A DNA stretch of 64,000 bases, taken from the NCBI RefSeq assembly GCF_007970185.1, contig NZ_CP042431.1, positions 6,429,342 to 6,493,341 on the forward strand. The letters are read 5' to 3'. A model generated the notes under the pieces. The model searched no databases. It was not told the DNA's origin and saw only the letters and a list, made by a program, of their open reading frames with translations. This DNA comes from Pseudobacter ginsenosidimutans (GTDB lineage Bacteria; Bacteroidota; Bacteroidia; Chitinophagales; Chitinophagaceae). Shown piece by piece: positions 9,535-19,733 of the stretch. Within the stretch, counting starts at the first letter, position 1. Every line of letters starts with the position of its first letter. Made by a program: the position numbers and the translations under genes.

Positions 9535-10743
9535 TTATCTCTTTCTTTTTTTATAAATTTTCCAATAAATATTATTAAAATAACTATCGGCCTCAAGCAT
9601 ATTTTGCAGTCCTAATTCTTGACTAATTTCTTCTACCAAATCGCAATACTCCTCATAGTCATTTCCATTAAAAGATTCTGGACTTGCTTTGATAAATACA
9701 TCCCCCTCATATCTCAAAACGGTAATGGGATTCTTATTTAGGTTTGCAAAACGACGAGGTTCATATGTCATCATTATTTCAGTAATATAATTGATGCTAG
9801 CGCCTTTTATCCCTGATACTATTTGTTTAGCCTGTGTAAACAATTGTGAAGGCGATAAATGGATATTGGTTCTAATAAATCGAACAAGTCGTTGAAATTC
9901 CTGAAAATACGGGTAAACATCTCTCCTTAATCGAAGCATACTTCCACTATGCCACCAGCCGTGCTCGCCAGCTTCCCCAACTAAGTCATCCAAGAGGATT
10001 GCGAATTCAACTTGTGTTAATTTCTTAGCATCTGCAATTGCATTTAAGACTTTCATCGCTTCTTCATAATGCCATTGCTTTTCCTTGAATTCTTGCTTTC
10101 GTCTTGTTGTATCAAATTTTTCAAAATGCGCTTTTAGATTCAGATAGTTGAATTCTTTTTGGCTTTTACTCCTGTCGGGGGTGGCTTTAGTTTTCTTATT
10201 GTGAGTTTTTTGTGCCTCATAAAATGTCTCATATCTTCTTATAGCCAATAACGTTGCGACCTCTGACATTTCAGCAGAAAGTAGATGATCAAAATATCCT
10301 TTTGCATCTCTCCAAATTAAATCACTTGTAGATCCGTGTAATAACAAAGAGCATTCAATATTAGATGTAAGCCCACCTTCCGTAATATTTGCAGAACCAG
10401 ACAGTATCGAAAAATGTTCCCCTTTTCTAAATAAAAACAATTTTGGATGAAAAACTAGTGAACGTTTATGTGCGTGAGCTAAATGTAACTTGCAATTCTT
10501 TTTAGCAAGAAATAATTGCCTTAGTGAACGTAAAGCTTTAGGCTCTGTTAATGCAAAATGTTGCCCTGCTATGATGTGTACAATTTTATTGCTATGAGCA
10601 CACTTTTTAAGAATAGGAAATATTTCTTTCAAACCAGATGACTTCAAAAAGGCCGTGGCTATATACGCTTCGTCTGATTGTTCAACTAGTGAGGCTATAG
10701 TCATATTATGTGACTGTGCCTGGTGGTTACAAATAAATTGCAT
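9535..10743 (-). CDS. Phospholipase-D-family protein (Nuc-like) with a single HKD motif and an uncharacterised C-terminal half.
   Basis: HxK...GSxN motif: FHPKLFLFRKGEHFSILSGSANIT. Confidence 0.65.
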   Translation of the reverse strand: MQFICNHQAQSHNMTIASLVEQSDEAYIATAFLKSSGLKEIFPILKKCAHSNKIVHIIAGQHFALTEPKALRSLRQLFLAKKNCKLHLAHAHKRSLVFHPKLFLFRKGEHFSILSGSANITEGGLTSNIECSLLLHGSTSDLIWRDAKGYFDHLLSAEMSEVATLLAIRRYETFYEAQKTHNKKTKATPDRSKSQKEFNYLNLKAHFEKFDTTRRKQEFKEKQWHYEEAMKVLNAIADAKKLTQVEFAILLDDLVGEAGEHGWWHSGSMLRLRRDVYPYFQEFQRLVRFIRTNIHLSPSQLFTQAKQIVSGIKGASINYITEIMMTYEPRRFANLNKNPITVLRYEGDVFIKASPESFNGNDYEEYCDLVEEISQELGLQNMLEADSYFNNIYWKIYKKRKR

Positions 10744-10937
10744 ATAGTTTTTATGAAGTAAGAGTGATTTTTCCCTAATTACGGATTACTTGGTGTAAGT
10801 ATGAATGTTTATTTGGAGGGATTTCTACGCTGCAAGGAAACACCTTATTATGTTTTTGGTTGAAGTGCGATTGATTTTTTTAACCTAACTCATGCTCTCT
10901 CATCGTTAGAGTAAGTAATTTTGAAACTACTAATTGA

Positions 10938-13337
10938 TCATTCTAATGTAGTGTCTTCTTCAACTCTAACTTTTGGAAGGTCTTCAAATTCTTTTTGAAC
11001 ATTTTTTTTGTTTAGAACTCTATTCTGAATAAACGAAACAATACCCATTAACACAGATTCATCTTTTTTGTATATCGGATGCTCCTCAAGAAGTTCAAGG
11101 CAGTCAATTAAGTCTTTCTCTATTAACCGCAGTTTTTTAATGGCAATTGCATAAAAAAATTCAACTATGGCTTCTGAATGTTCGTCATCCAAATGCAGTA
11201 TCATATCCCCCAGAATCGATTTCATTTGTAGACTCAATTCTTCAGAAAGGTGATATTTCAATTCATCGTCCTTGGCAGCTCTTAATATACAGGCTTGAAT
11301 GATACCGTCGTTATAACGAACAAAGTTACCAGGATCTATTAGATGCCGAACGTATTCTGTCTGCAGGAGCTCCCCTTTATTCCTAATATCGTTAAGGATG
11401 CTTGCAATAATGAAGTATACCTCAGATTGAGAGGCAGTTACTGCAAAATCTTTAGTTGGCGCAAATGCAAACCCATTATTAATTCTTAATGGTTTGTCAT
11501 GGAAAGATGGATGGAAAAGTTCATTATCAAGCCCCTTTTGTGATCCTGAGTCATTTAGAACTCTGCTTCTTACTTGGCAATACATTAGTGTCTTGCCAAA
11601 CCTTTGTCCTGCATCTTCATCACAAAAATCATAAAGAACTTTCATGAACTCTGTCTCTATATGCCAAGGTGTTGCTATCGATTCTTGTGTGCAATGAATT
11701 CTTTCTACATTGGTAATTTTATATGTGCCTGGTCCATTTTCACCTAAACCTAGATTGGATTCGAGAAACTCAAATGAATCTTGCTTAGTGGTTCTGTTCA
11801 TAAATGTAAAAAACATACGTTGATAGTCGTTCTCAAATTGCCTCAATGCTCTACTTAGAAAAAGTAGGTTTCTTCCAGTAACCACAGATGCGCTCACTAC
11901 CGCAATTACGCCTTTTTGACCTGCCTTGACTGACTGGACTAATTTGTCATCTGCAATTATGCATGACCTATCAATGGTGGCTCCGTTTTTAGAAAGTATA
12001 TCAACAATTAATTCTGCTAACTTTTTAGAGGCTATATCAGATAATGTTACAATATACTTTAATGAAGAAGGAAAACTTTGAATGACTCTTTTTTCAAACT
12101 TCGTATACATGCTTCTATAAGCATCTTTAACGCTTGGATCGCCCGTCCAACTATCAATCAAAGCTTCTAAGTCAATAAAGAGCTCGTATTTTCGATTTTG
12201 ATTTGAGTTTTCTTTATAAAATACTCTAAAAATAGCTGGCACATTAATATTGGGTCGATAGTATCCTGATAGGTTACGTATGTGAGTTGGAAGATCAGAT
12301 TTTTTAATAAGGTAAGGGGAAACAGCAGGTTTTTCGAGAAGAAAGACATCACCTTCCACAGGAATTGGTACAGATTTATCTTCACAAAACTTGCAAATTT
12401 CTCCATTATTCCTGTTATAAGACTTAAATGAAGCCAAACCCTCTGGATTTGAATTAGGATCTTTTTTTAAGTCGCAAATCACTTGAGGAATAAAAGTGGA
12501 CTCTACACCTAATCCATAAATTACTGCAATGTCATTTAATTCAATAGAATGTGCGTTTTCTCTAGTCATCCGCCTCAAAATACTACCAGAAGTGGAAGAT
12601 GAAATCAAAAAAATACTATTACGAGGTGCTTTAAAAGCGCTTTTTTCAAAAAGGCTATATGAGCCAAAACTTTCGACATGTATAGAAGTATTGGAAGGAT
12701 CACCCAGTTCCTTCCGAAGATTAATATAGGCATATGCCAATGAATTGATGGAAGAAGTATCACAGTAAATATGGTGCAAATCTCTCTGCTTAAAGCGTGT
12801 CAACAAGGCGGAAGCAATGAATGTTATTTGGGCTCCATGTAATAGTACATTGCCAGGTCGCAGGAACCGGTCGCTGTGTTTGCCCGATGGGAAAACAAAG
12901 TGGTGTGCTGATCTTGAAATAATGAGCCCGTTGTTCTCAACAAAAATATTCGTTAGACCTCGATTATAAATTTCCTTGATTTCCGCTTCTGTGATAGCGC
13001 CTAATGCCGTATGAAAAATCCCTGACAACCCGATTGAGATTATCACGATATTGTTTTCGCTTGGATTTTGTTGAAATTTTGGAATATACTCGTATATGTC
13101 TGAGGTAGCTTGAAATAGGTTAAGAACATCGTTCTTATTGAAGTCTAAACAAATAATAATCAGTTTATCAGGTAGTGTATTCGAGAAAAAATAACTTCTG
13201 AATTGAAATTGAATATTAGATTTATTCAATAAGACATCTTTATAAGCAAAGAACACCACAAGATGATTTTGCCTCTGTAAGCCTTTTTGAGGAACGTCGA
13301 CTATTTTGTAATAGTCATACATAAAGCAAGTCTTCAT
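10938..13337 (-). CDS. Large hypothetical protein (799 aa) with no secure domain call.
   Basis: Long ORF translationally coupled to the upstream HATPase gene (stop and start 1-2 nt apart). Two loops, IFLISSSTSGS and VIAVVSASVVTGRN, weakly resemble a degenerate PRTase-type phosphate-binding loop. This is a very tentative reading. Confidence 0.4.
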   Translation of the reverse strand: MKTCFMYDYYKIVDVPQKGLQRQNHLVVFFAYKDVLLNKSNIQFQFRSYFFSNTLPDKLIIICLDFNKNDVLNLFQATSDIYEYIPKFQQNPSENNIVIISIGLSGIFHTALGAITEAEIKEIYNRGLTNIFVENNGLIISRSAHHFVFPSGKHSDRFLRPGNVLLHGAQITFIASALLTRFKQRDLHHIYCDTSSINSLAYAYINLRKELGDPSNTSIHVESFGSYSLFEKSAFKAPRNSIFLISSSTSGSILRRMTRENAHSIELNDIAVIYGLGVESTFIPQVICDLKKDPNSNPEGLASFKSYNRNNGEICKFCEDKSVPIPVEGDVFLLEKPAVSPYLIKKSDLPTHIRNLSGYYRPNINVPAIFRVFYKENSNQNRKYELFIDLEALIDSWTGDPSVKDAYRSMYTKFEKRVIQSFPSSLKYIVTLSDIASKKLAELIVDILSKNGATIDRSCIIADDKLVQSVKAGQKGVIAVVSASVVTGRNLLFLSRALRQFENDYQRMFFTFMNRTTKQDSFEFLESNLGLGENGPGTYKITNVERIHCTQESIATPWHIETEFMKVLYDFCDEDAGQRFGKTLMYCQVRSRVLNDSGSQKGLDNELFHPSFHDKPLRINNGFAFAPTKDFAVTASQSEVYFIIASILNDIRNKGELLQTEYVRHLIDPGNFVRYNDGIIQACILRAAKDDELKYHLSEELSLQMKSILGDMILHLDDEHSEAIVEFFYAIAIKKLRLIEKDLIDCLELLEEHPIYKKDESVLMGIVSFIQNRVLNKKNVQKEFEDLPKVRVEEDTTLE

Positions 13338-13338
13338 A

Positions 13339-14550
13339 TCATTTTGTTATGGGATAAGCCATCGTTATTTGAGTCCCTTCAAACCAGCATAAGTCTTGAA
13401 AGTCTTCACTACTAAGTGTATTACAATCATACAGCTTAATATCCTTTGTGTTTTGGCTTTCAACATATGGTGTTGCTGTCAGGTCTCTAAATAGGCTAAC
13501 CCTGCCCGTTCGTATTTTTAGAAACCCTCTTTTTTGATCTAATAACTTCAATACATCATCGAGCCCATAACCTTTATTCATTCTTGCCGGACCTTTTACC
13601 GAACTTTCCCCACGGACTAGGCAAGTTTTGATGATATTGACATCTTCATAAACTTCTGCATCTTCCGCCCAGTCAGATCCTTTATAGCGTTTCACCATAC
13701 CTGGACCACTATCAAATACAGATATTTCTAACACTAAATTATCCCCATCTATTAGGCTCTTGGCATAATATTCTAATAATGCAGGATCCTCCTTTGCATT
13801 TTTTTCAAAATTGGCTTTGCTACTTTGATGTAACTTTATGTATAATCCTCTGGTATTAGGAGACAGTGTTTTTTGATCCAAATGATCTTTTATCGCATGT
13901 TCATTGGTATTACCCATTAGCTCCCAGATAATTCGAGTGGTTGTATCTAAAAGATCTGAGACAGCATTTGTAATTCGTGAACGGTAAATTGAACTAATCT
14001 TTTCAAATATGCGATAAGTCGTATTATCCAATTCCGAAGGGACACTTGCAAAGGAGTAATTGTTGATGTAGAACCAATGAGAAAGTCCTTTATCGACTGG
14101 GTAGTGATCGAAGTTTGGAATTACTATTTCAAAATTGGGTAAGTCTTGGAGGAAATCAATTCGTTTCCGCATATTATTAGTATGCTCTCGAAGCAAAGGT
14201 TTGAGATCAGTACCATCTTTAGCAACAATCTTAGTGTCTTTCCATACAGTAATAACGATTACGTATCCATAGTTACTTTCTATAAAATCTGCAAGCCCTT
14301 GTTTGTTATTCGGATCAATGTCAATTATGAGTGTACCGCGACAAGTACGAATCCATGTAAAAACGAACAAGAACAATGAAGGTATAACACCAAACCCTCT
14401 GTAAAAAACCTCACTAGGTATCTGCAAATCTACAACACCTTCAAGGGCGGCTGTCATGCTGCTACCAAGTTTGTCTATAAGCCCTGCAGTTACCTCTTTA
14501 GGGATGGAAAGTCTAGTTTTATTGAGACCATTATTTCCACTTATACTCAT
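13339..14550 (-). CDS. HATPase_c (GHKL-type) ATPase-domain protein with an unknown N-terminal domain.
   Basis: N-box IWELMGNTNEHA, G1 box VFDSGPGM, G2 box GYGLDD. Confidence 0.55.
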   Translation of the reverse strand: MSISGNNGLNKTRLSIPKEVTAGLIDKLGSSMTAALEGVVDLQIPSEVFYRGFGVIPSLFLFVFTWIRTCRGTLIIDIDPNNKQGLADFIESNYGYVIVITVWKDTKIVAKDGTDLKPLLREHTNNMRKRIDFLQDLPNFEIVIPNFDHYPVDKGLSHWFYINNYSFASVPSELDNTTYRIFEKISSIYRSRITNAVSDLLDTTTRIIWELMGNTNEHAIKDHLDQKTLSPNTRGLYIKLHQSSKANFEKNAKEDPALLEYYAKSLIDGDNLVLEISVFDSGPGMVKRYKGSDWAEDAEVYEDVNIIKTCLVRGESSVKGPARMNKGYGLDDVLKLLDQKRGFLKIRTGRVSLFRDLTATPYVESQNTKDIKLYDCNTLSSEDFQDLCWFEGTQITMAYPITK

Positions 14551-14664
14551 CGGCGTGTCTACTCTTTAAGTCAATGAAATACTGTTTTACTAAGAAACCC
14601 AAAGGATTTTAATCTTATTAATCAAAATCAAGCTTAACTAAAATATACTTTCACTAATTGTAAT

Positions 14665-16572
14665 TTATTGGGCAAACAAGTTATTTTGTTCTTCCAGATT
14701 TGAAATTGATTTATGAGCCCACTCTATTTTTGAAAGTAGATTAAAAGTTCTGGCGTGCGCTTGCTTAAGTACAGAGCTGTATCTTCTAGGAATAATTGAG
14801 GTATGACCCTCATACCCTGGGTCAGCAACATCCCCCTCGCTATCAATACTAGACCCCAACACATAACAAATGATTTTTGTACTCTTGTCTACATGTCCGG
14901 CTTTCCTTATTTCCCTTGCATAATTTTTTGCCTGGTCTTTTTCCTGATAACCCAACTTAAATCCTCCTCTTTTCAGCTCAACAATTACAACGCAATCAAT
15001 TCCGGATACATTATGTTCATCATCATAGCCGTCTCTTGAATAGACTCCAATTGAACTATCTGGGACTACCACAAAATCTGGCCGTCTTCCAGGTGACTCT
15101 AAGGCAGCATTTCCGAAATATTTCTTTACGATTGTAGCTAAAGTCCTATTAGAAGTAAAGCTTAGTGATTCAAACTCGGGTCCAAATATCCAAAGGCCCC
15201 TTTCAAATAATGGTTGTAAGTCATGCAACTCATCTGCGTTACTATTATTTACCAAAGGCTCTAGCTTATTAATCAGGTCAAGTCTCCATTGTAGCTCGTT
15301 CATTATTTTCTTAATGTCACTTATGCTCCATTCGTCTAGAATTGCATTTAGGCTATCCAAATCATTAGCCTTAAGTTGTGCCAATTTTTCTAATAATGAA
15401 TAACCAGATCTTGATTTTTCCATATTTGCCAAAACTTTGACAGTACTTTCAAGCTCATTAACTCCAAAAGTGGGGCAATCTTTTTGGAACTCATCAATTA
15501 TTTCAGATATATCTTGTCTAATGTGAGCTGGCAAAGTTTTTATCAAGTCTTTGTTTGCTGAAAACGCATCGTTTTTCCTTTCTGTTCTACTTGCTGTTAA
15601 AAGAGTAATCAAATCTTCGTTTATATGATCGTATACTTTTTTTAAGACATTGTTTAGCTCAGGCGAAGCATGAAAACCAGACCAGTCAGCTTTTACAAAT
15701 GGCTTTAGAATATCAGCTTCTACGATATATACATAACGTTTCGCAATTGCATTTCTTCCATCAATTAATCTCCCACTAACATTTTCCCAACTTGGAGTAC
15801 CTACTAAACGCCTATTTACCCACCATGCCACACCTTGATGCTGAGTTGTCCTATTATTCTCACCTTCAAATCTTTTCACTTTTACAATCCCGACATTTTC
15901 AATGTTAATCTCAGTTATGTCACTTTCTTGCTCTAACTCCTCAAAATCTACTTTTATGCTATTAATAGATAAAACAAATTCAGGATCTGCAATAAATTTT
16001 GAACCAACTACCTTTAGTATTGTATTTTGTGATAGGCTTATGTTTTTATTAGCAACACCACTAATGGTAGTTCCATGCATAGTGGATGTTTTTGAAGTTT
16101 GATTTTCGAGTATTTCAACTGAATAAGGGAAATCTCCCTTGGGAGTTTTAATCACTCTTGCTCTGGTTTTTTGCCCATCCTTGTGCGTTTCGACAATATA
16201 TTCATTGCAGAAGCAAAACATTGCATGTCTTCCAATCCCATTTTTTCCAAATGCAGTTCTTTGTCTACCGCTTCGTCCTTTTGGAAATTCTACATTCCTC
16301 CCTTGCAATGCGATTCGATTGTAGTTAAGTTTTCCCCATCGGAAGCTGAACTCTTCTTTTGTCATTCCTAATCCATCATCGTGGATAAGAATTGTATCTC
16401 CAATTTTATCAGGCCACTTTATTTCAACATTACCTGCTCCCGCATCCCAAGCATTTGCTACCAATTCAACAATAGCATAGCGAGGATCATCAATGATTTG
16501 TCCAGCATGATGTTCAAGAAAATTTTCACCGAATGATAAAGACAGTTGTTCAGAAGGCGTTGGTGTAGCCAT
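14665..16572 (-). CDS. GHKL ATPase (MutL/MORC/Hsp90-like Bergerat fold) fused to a C-terminal PD-(D/E)xK-like nuclease module.
   Basis: N-terminal motifs IVELVANAWDAGA, IHDDGLGM and GKNGIGR. The C-terminus has DFVVVPD ... CVVIVELKRGG, a D...ExK pattern. Confidence 0.6.
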   Translation of the reverse strand: MATPTPSEQLSLSFGENFLEHHAGQIIDDPRYAIVELVANAWDAGAGNVEIKWPDKIGDTILIHDDGLGMTKEEFSFRWGKLNYNRIALQGRNVEFPKGRSGRQRTAFGKNGIGRHAMFCFCNEYIVETHKDGQKTRARVIKTPKGDFPYSVEILENQTSKTSTMHGTTISGVANKNISLSQNTILKVVGSKFIADPEFVLSINSIKVDFEELEQESDITEINIENVGIVKVKRFEGENNRTTQHQGVAWWVNRRLVGTPSWENVSGRLIDGRNAIAKRYVYIVEADILKPFVKADWSGFHASPELNNVLKKVYDHINEDLITLLTASRTERKNDAFSANKDLIKTLPAHIRQDISEIIDEFQKDCPTFGVNELESTVKVLANMEKSRSGYSLLEKLAQLKANDLDSLNAILDEWSISDIKKIMNELQWRLDLINKLEPLVNNSNADELHDLQPLFERGLWIFGPEFESLSFTSNRTLATIVKKYFGNAALESPGRRPDFVVVPDSSIGVYSRDGYDDEHNVSGIDCVVIVELKRGGFKLGYQEKDQAKNYAREIRKAGHVDKSTKIICYVLGSSIDSEGDVADPGYEGHTSIIPRRYSSVLKQAHARTFNLLSKIEWAHKSISNLEEQNNLFAQ

Positions 16573-16706
16573 TGCTAAAACGGTTAAAATGATTTTATTC
16601 GAAGTGTATTCGAATTATGATCAAAAGACATTAATGTAAGAAATAGAGAAACAGTAAAGACCATAAGAGTGAATGAAAGAAGACTTAGATCTAATAGAAC
16701 TTTCTT

Positions 16707-16976
16707 CTACTTTCTCTTACTTTTTTTCTCCATCTTGTCAAAAATCAAGTTCGTCACAATTCTCGGATCTACTCCAATCAGATCAGCTAACCTTTTAATA
16801 TGCTTGATGGCAAAGTCTTCAGGTTTTTTTACCCGTTTCAGGAATGTATCATAGTGGATACCGACAGTCGTTTTGAGCTTGGTTTTACCCACGATACTAA
16901 CGATTTCGTCCATATCCTCGATACTACCGGATTCCAGTAGTCGCTTGAGAGTCTTATATGCGTCCTGGTCTGCCAT
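16707..16976 (-). CDS. Small (89 aa) basic hypothetical protein. It may be the regulator or first gene of the minus-strand cluster.
   Basis: ORF at the head of the co-oriented cluster, with a lysine-rich C-terminus. No motif was recognised. Confidence 0.3.
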   Translation of the reverse strand: MADQDAYKTLKRLLESGSIEDMDEIVSIVGKTKLKTTVGIHYDTFLKRVKKPEDFAIKHIKRLADLIGVDPRIVTNLIFDKMEKKSKRK

Positions 16977-17339
16977 TAAATAATGAAGTTTGGCAAAATA
17001 TCAATAACCTCCTGAAATACAATGGAATATTTCGATACTGATACTATTGATTCATATTTGAAATAAATATTTCGATTTTGAAATTTTATTATAACTTTGA
17101 TCACATCAAACGTTAACCTAAAAACGAATCTGTCATGAATTCATCATAGTATCGCTTATCTTGCGAACACATAACTTATTTCAAGCGTGTTTGCTTTATT
17201 CCTGGTTCTGAAAACTACGACCTTTCAAATGATCCCAGAGTAATAAGGTAAATCGCTCACGTCTTGGCGTGGGCGTTCTTATATGGGATCAGGGTGTCGT
17301 AGCCCTTCAGACCGATAGGAACTAACCCACGTCATTTTT

Positions 17340-18503
17340 TTGTCCCTTCGCATTCCCGTTTCATTCAAATCTCTCAACATGAATTTACCTACCAGCTTAC
17401 GGCAGGAACTATTCCGTTCCACCTTATCTGATGATGAGATTACAGATCCCTTCCTTGTCATCAAATCCTTCTTTGATTCAGGTTCCCTTCAAGACAACCG
17501 CGACCAGTTCAATACTCTTTTGGAAGTAGTATACACTGAAAGCTTCGGCGAACTGGAAAGCGGCGATAAATGGTTATTGACAACGCACCTTAAAGGCATG
17601 GAAAGACTGATCGATGCCAGTTACCTGATCCATAAAAGCCGCGATAAAGAGCGCAGGCTTTTCCATATGCAGGATGTTGAAATAACCGCAGTTCGTGCAG
17701 ATACCACTAAGACCATTTTCCAGAAAATAGTAGACCTCATCAGAATCATTAGTGATGCAGGCAAAATCTACACTATCAAGTCGTCTGAAGATTCAGCCAA
17801 CCCACACAATTCCCGATATGATTTCCTTGTATTACTGGATCATCCTCAGTTTGGATTCTTAGAAATGGAAAAGAAGATAGAGCAGGCATGCCAGGAATTT
17901 GGCTCAGTGGTTCCAACTTTTCACCGTATTGGAGATCTGAGAAACGAACCGGAGGTTGGTTTAATCCTGCATTACACAACTTGCACTAAAGAGAATCTTG
18001 TATTTGAACGTAACGATCAAAAGCTATCGTTTCCTGACAAATCAATTTGCCTTGCTATCGCAGCCAAAGCGAGAAAGCGGTTTGGACTAGAAATGAAGAA
18101 GGCGTTAGGCTTTCTTTCTGGAGCTCAATTCTGTATCTCCCACACGTTAGATATGAATCTTGGTACTTATTTGCTCCATCAGGCAACTGAGCTTTCTTGC
18201 CGGGCCATCCTGGCCAGCTACCTGGATTATCAGATTCATGGCCATAATCTTCACTTACTTCTCAGGCATATTCATAGAATTTCCGAAGACCTGACTAATA
18301 TCCTTTCCAAAGGCACGCCTGCGGAGAATGAATTGCTCAATTTATTGAACCAATCATACTCCTCAGCCAGGTATACCAATAGTTTCAGCATAACTACCAA
18401 GCAAACTAATGAACTATTGAAGCGAGTTACTGCATTTATGAACACGGTTGATCAGACATTTGAACAAAAGATGAAAGAATTTGAAGCGAAATTCAATAGG
18501 TAA
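17340..18503 (+). CDS. Hypothetical protein (387 aa).
   Basis: Long ORF in AT-rich island DNA. It is followed by iteron-like repeats. No confident motif. Confidence 0.35.
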   Translation: MSLRIPVSFKSLNMNLPTSLRQELFRSTLSDDEITDPFLVIKSFFDSGSLQDNRDQFNTLLEVVYTESFGELESGDKWLLTTHLKGMERLIDASYLIHKSRDKERRLFHMQDVEITAVRADTTKTIFQKIVDLIRIISDAGKIYTIKSSEDSANPHNSRYDFLVLLDHPQFGFLEMEKKIEQACQEFGSVVPTFHRIGDLRNEPEVGLILHYTTCTKENLVFERNDQKLSFPDKSICLAIAAKARKRFGLEMKKALGFLSGAQFCISHTLDMNLGTYLLHQATELSCRAILASYLDYQIHGHNLHLLLRHIHRISEDLTNILSKGTPAENELLNLLNQSYSSARYTNSFSITTKQTNELLKRVTAFMNTVDQTFEQKMKEFEAKFNR

Positions 18504-18512
18504 ATGAATTGA

Positions 18513-18576
18513 GCCTCAATTGTCCTTATTGATCCTTAATTATTCTCAATGATTCTTAATCAATCCTCAATTGTGA
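18513..18576. repeat. Six degenerate tandem copies of a 10-11 bp unit (cctyaattrt). These are iteron-like or recombination-directionality binding-site candidates.
   Basis: cctcaattgt ccttattgat ccttaattatt ctcaatgatt cttaatcaat cctcaattgtg. Confidence 0.5.
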
Positions 18577-18864
18577 TGGTGCAGTAATTGATGAATTTCC
18601 AATAAGAATTCTATTGTTTCAGGAGGTAAAAGCGATTACCGATAAATTGAACTATCGTTTAGCGTTTGGAAGCATCAATGCTTAATAAGAACGAGCATGT
18701 TTTTACGAAAAAGGAAATTCTGTGCATTTCTGTGCCTTTCAGCGCCCGAACAATACATTTCGTGCTTTTCAGGAACAAAAAGGTCCCAAACGCGACGAAT
18801 CCGGAAAGTGCCTCTTTGAGTGGTTGTAACTTTGTATGATAATTAATCATCCAAATCTTATTCC

Positions 18865-19149
18865 ATGAAACCAGAGTCTTCGCAGATCCTCGAAAAGCTG
18901 GAAGAAATCATCGTTCTTCTCAAGCAAATATCGCATGAGTCACAGCCCAGTTTGATTCAAGACAAAGAACCACCTATTTCAATTCATGATGCTGCTGAAT
19001 ATCTCCAGCTATCCAGATCCCACATTTATTCGCTGGTACATTCAGGAAAACTAAAACCATTGCAGAACCGGAAGCAAGGCAGGATGCTGTTTTCGGTTCT
19101 TGATCTGAGGACTTATCTCGATACCAGACACAGATCAAATAAGCAATAA
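18865..19149 (+). CDS. Excisionase / AlpA-like HTH DNA-binding protein.
   Basis: IHDAAEYLQLSRSHIYSLVHSGKLKP ... LDLRTYL is a typical MerR-superfamily Xis HTH (HTH_17). It lies 5' of the recombinase gene. Confidence 0.6.
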   Translation: MKPESSQILEKLEEIIVLLKQISHESQPSLIQDKEPPISIHDAAEYLQLSRSHIYSLVHSGKLKPLQNRKQGRMLFSVLDLRTYLDTRHRSNKQ

Positions 19150-19185
19150 TCATTTGCAAAATATTCAATCACACAAATCAATTTT

Positions 19186-19443
19186 ATGTCCAAGACAATC
19201 ATTGAGAAAAAAGAGCTTGCCGTTCCGGTTGACATTATTCTGGAAGTATCAAACCTCCTTCTGGAGCATGATATCACGAACGATATCGTGGGTACCGATC
19301 TCAATAACGACGAACTATTGATAGATGTCCAGTACGAACGCGATGAGCGGGATGTGATCAACCAGATCGAATGCAAGATTTCAGACTACTATGTTCAGGA
19401 AGCATTGGATGCCGAGGATGATAATAACGATGATGATGAGTAA
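19186..19443 (+). CDS. Small acidic hypothetical protein.
   Basis: ORF with a D/E-rich C-terminus and no motif. Confidence 0.25.
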   Translation: MSKTIIEKKELAVPVDIILEVSNLLLEHDITNDIVGTDLNNDELLIDVQYERDERDVINQIECKISDYYVQEALDAEDDNNDDDE

Positions 19444-19733
19444 CTAACTGCGATTAGTGGGAACAATCGCATAAATCCGTATTTCTATGAAACCTATCCA
19501 CAGGCTTGAAAGCCTTCCTGTACGTGAGGGAGAGTCCGGTCAATCTTCGGCAACAACATTGCCGGTAGAGGAAGCCAGGAAGATTCTGAACGCAAATGGG
19601 ATTGAGTACACAGAGGAAGAGCTGTCCATTATCCGGGGATTCATTCACAAGATGGCAGAGATTGCTGTAACTCAGTACCACCGCAGGAAGGCTGGACAAG
19701 CCTTCCTTATTCCTATTACTCAAATAGAGCATA

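Noticed and set aside
18513-18576. Tandem 10-bp repeats considered as a CRISPR or minisatellite.
   Set aside because: The units are far too short and degenerate, with no spacers. An iteron or arm-site array is the better reading, and it is reported as a finding instead.
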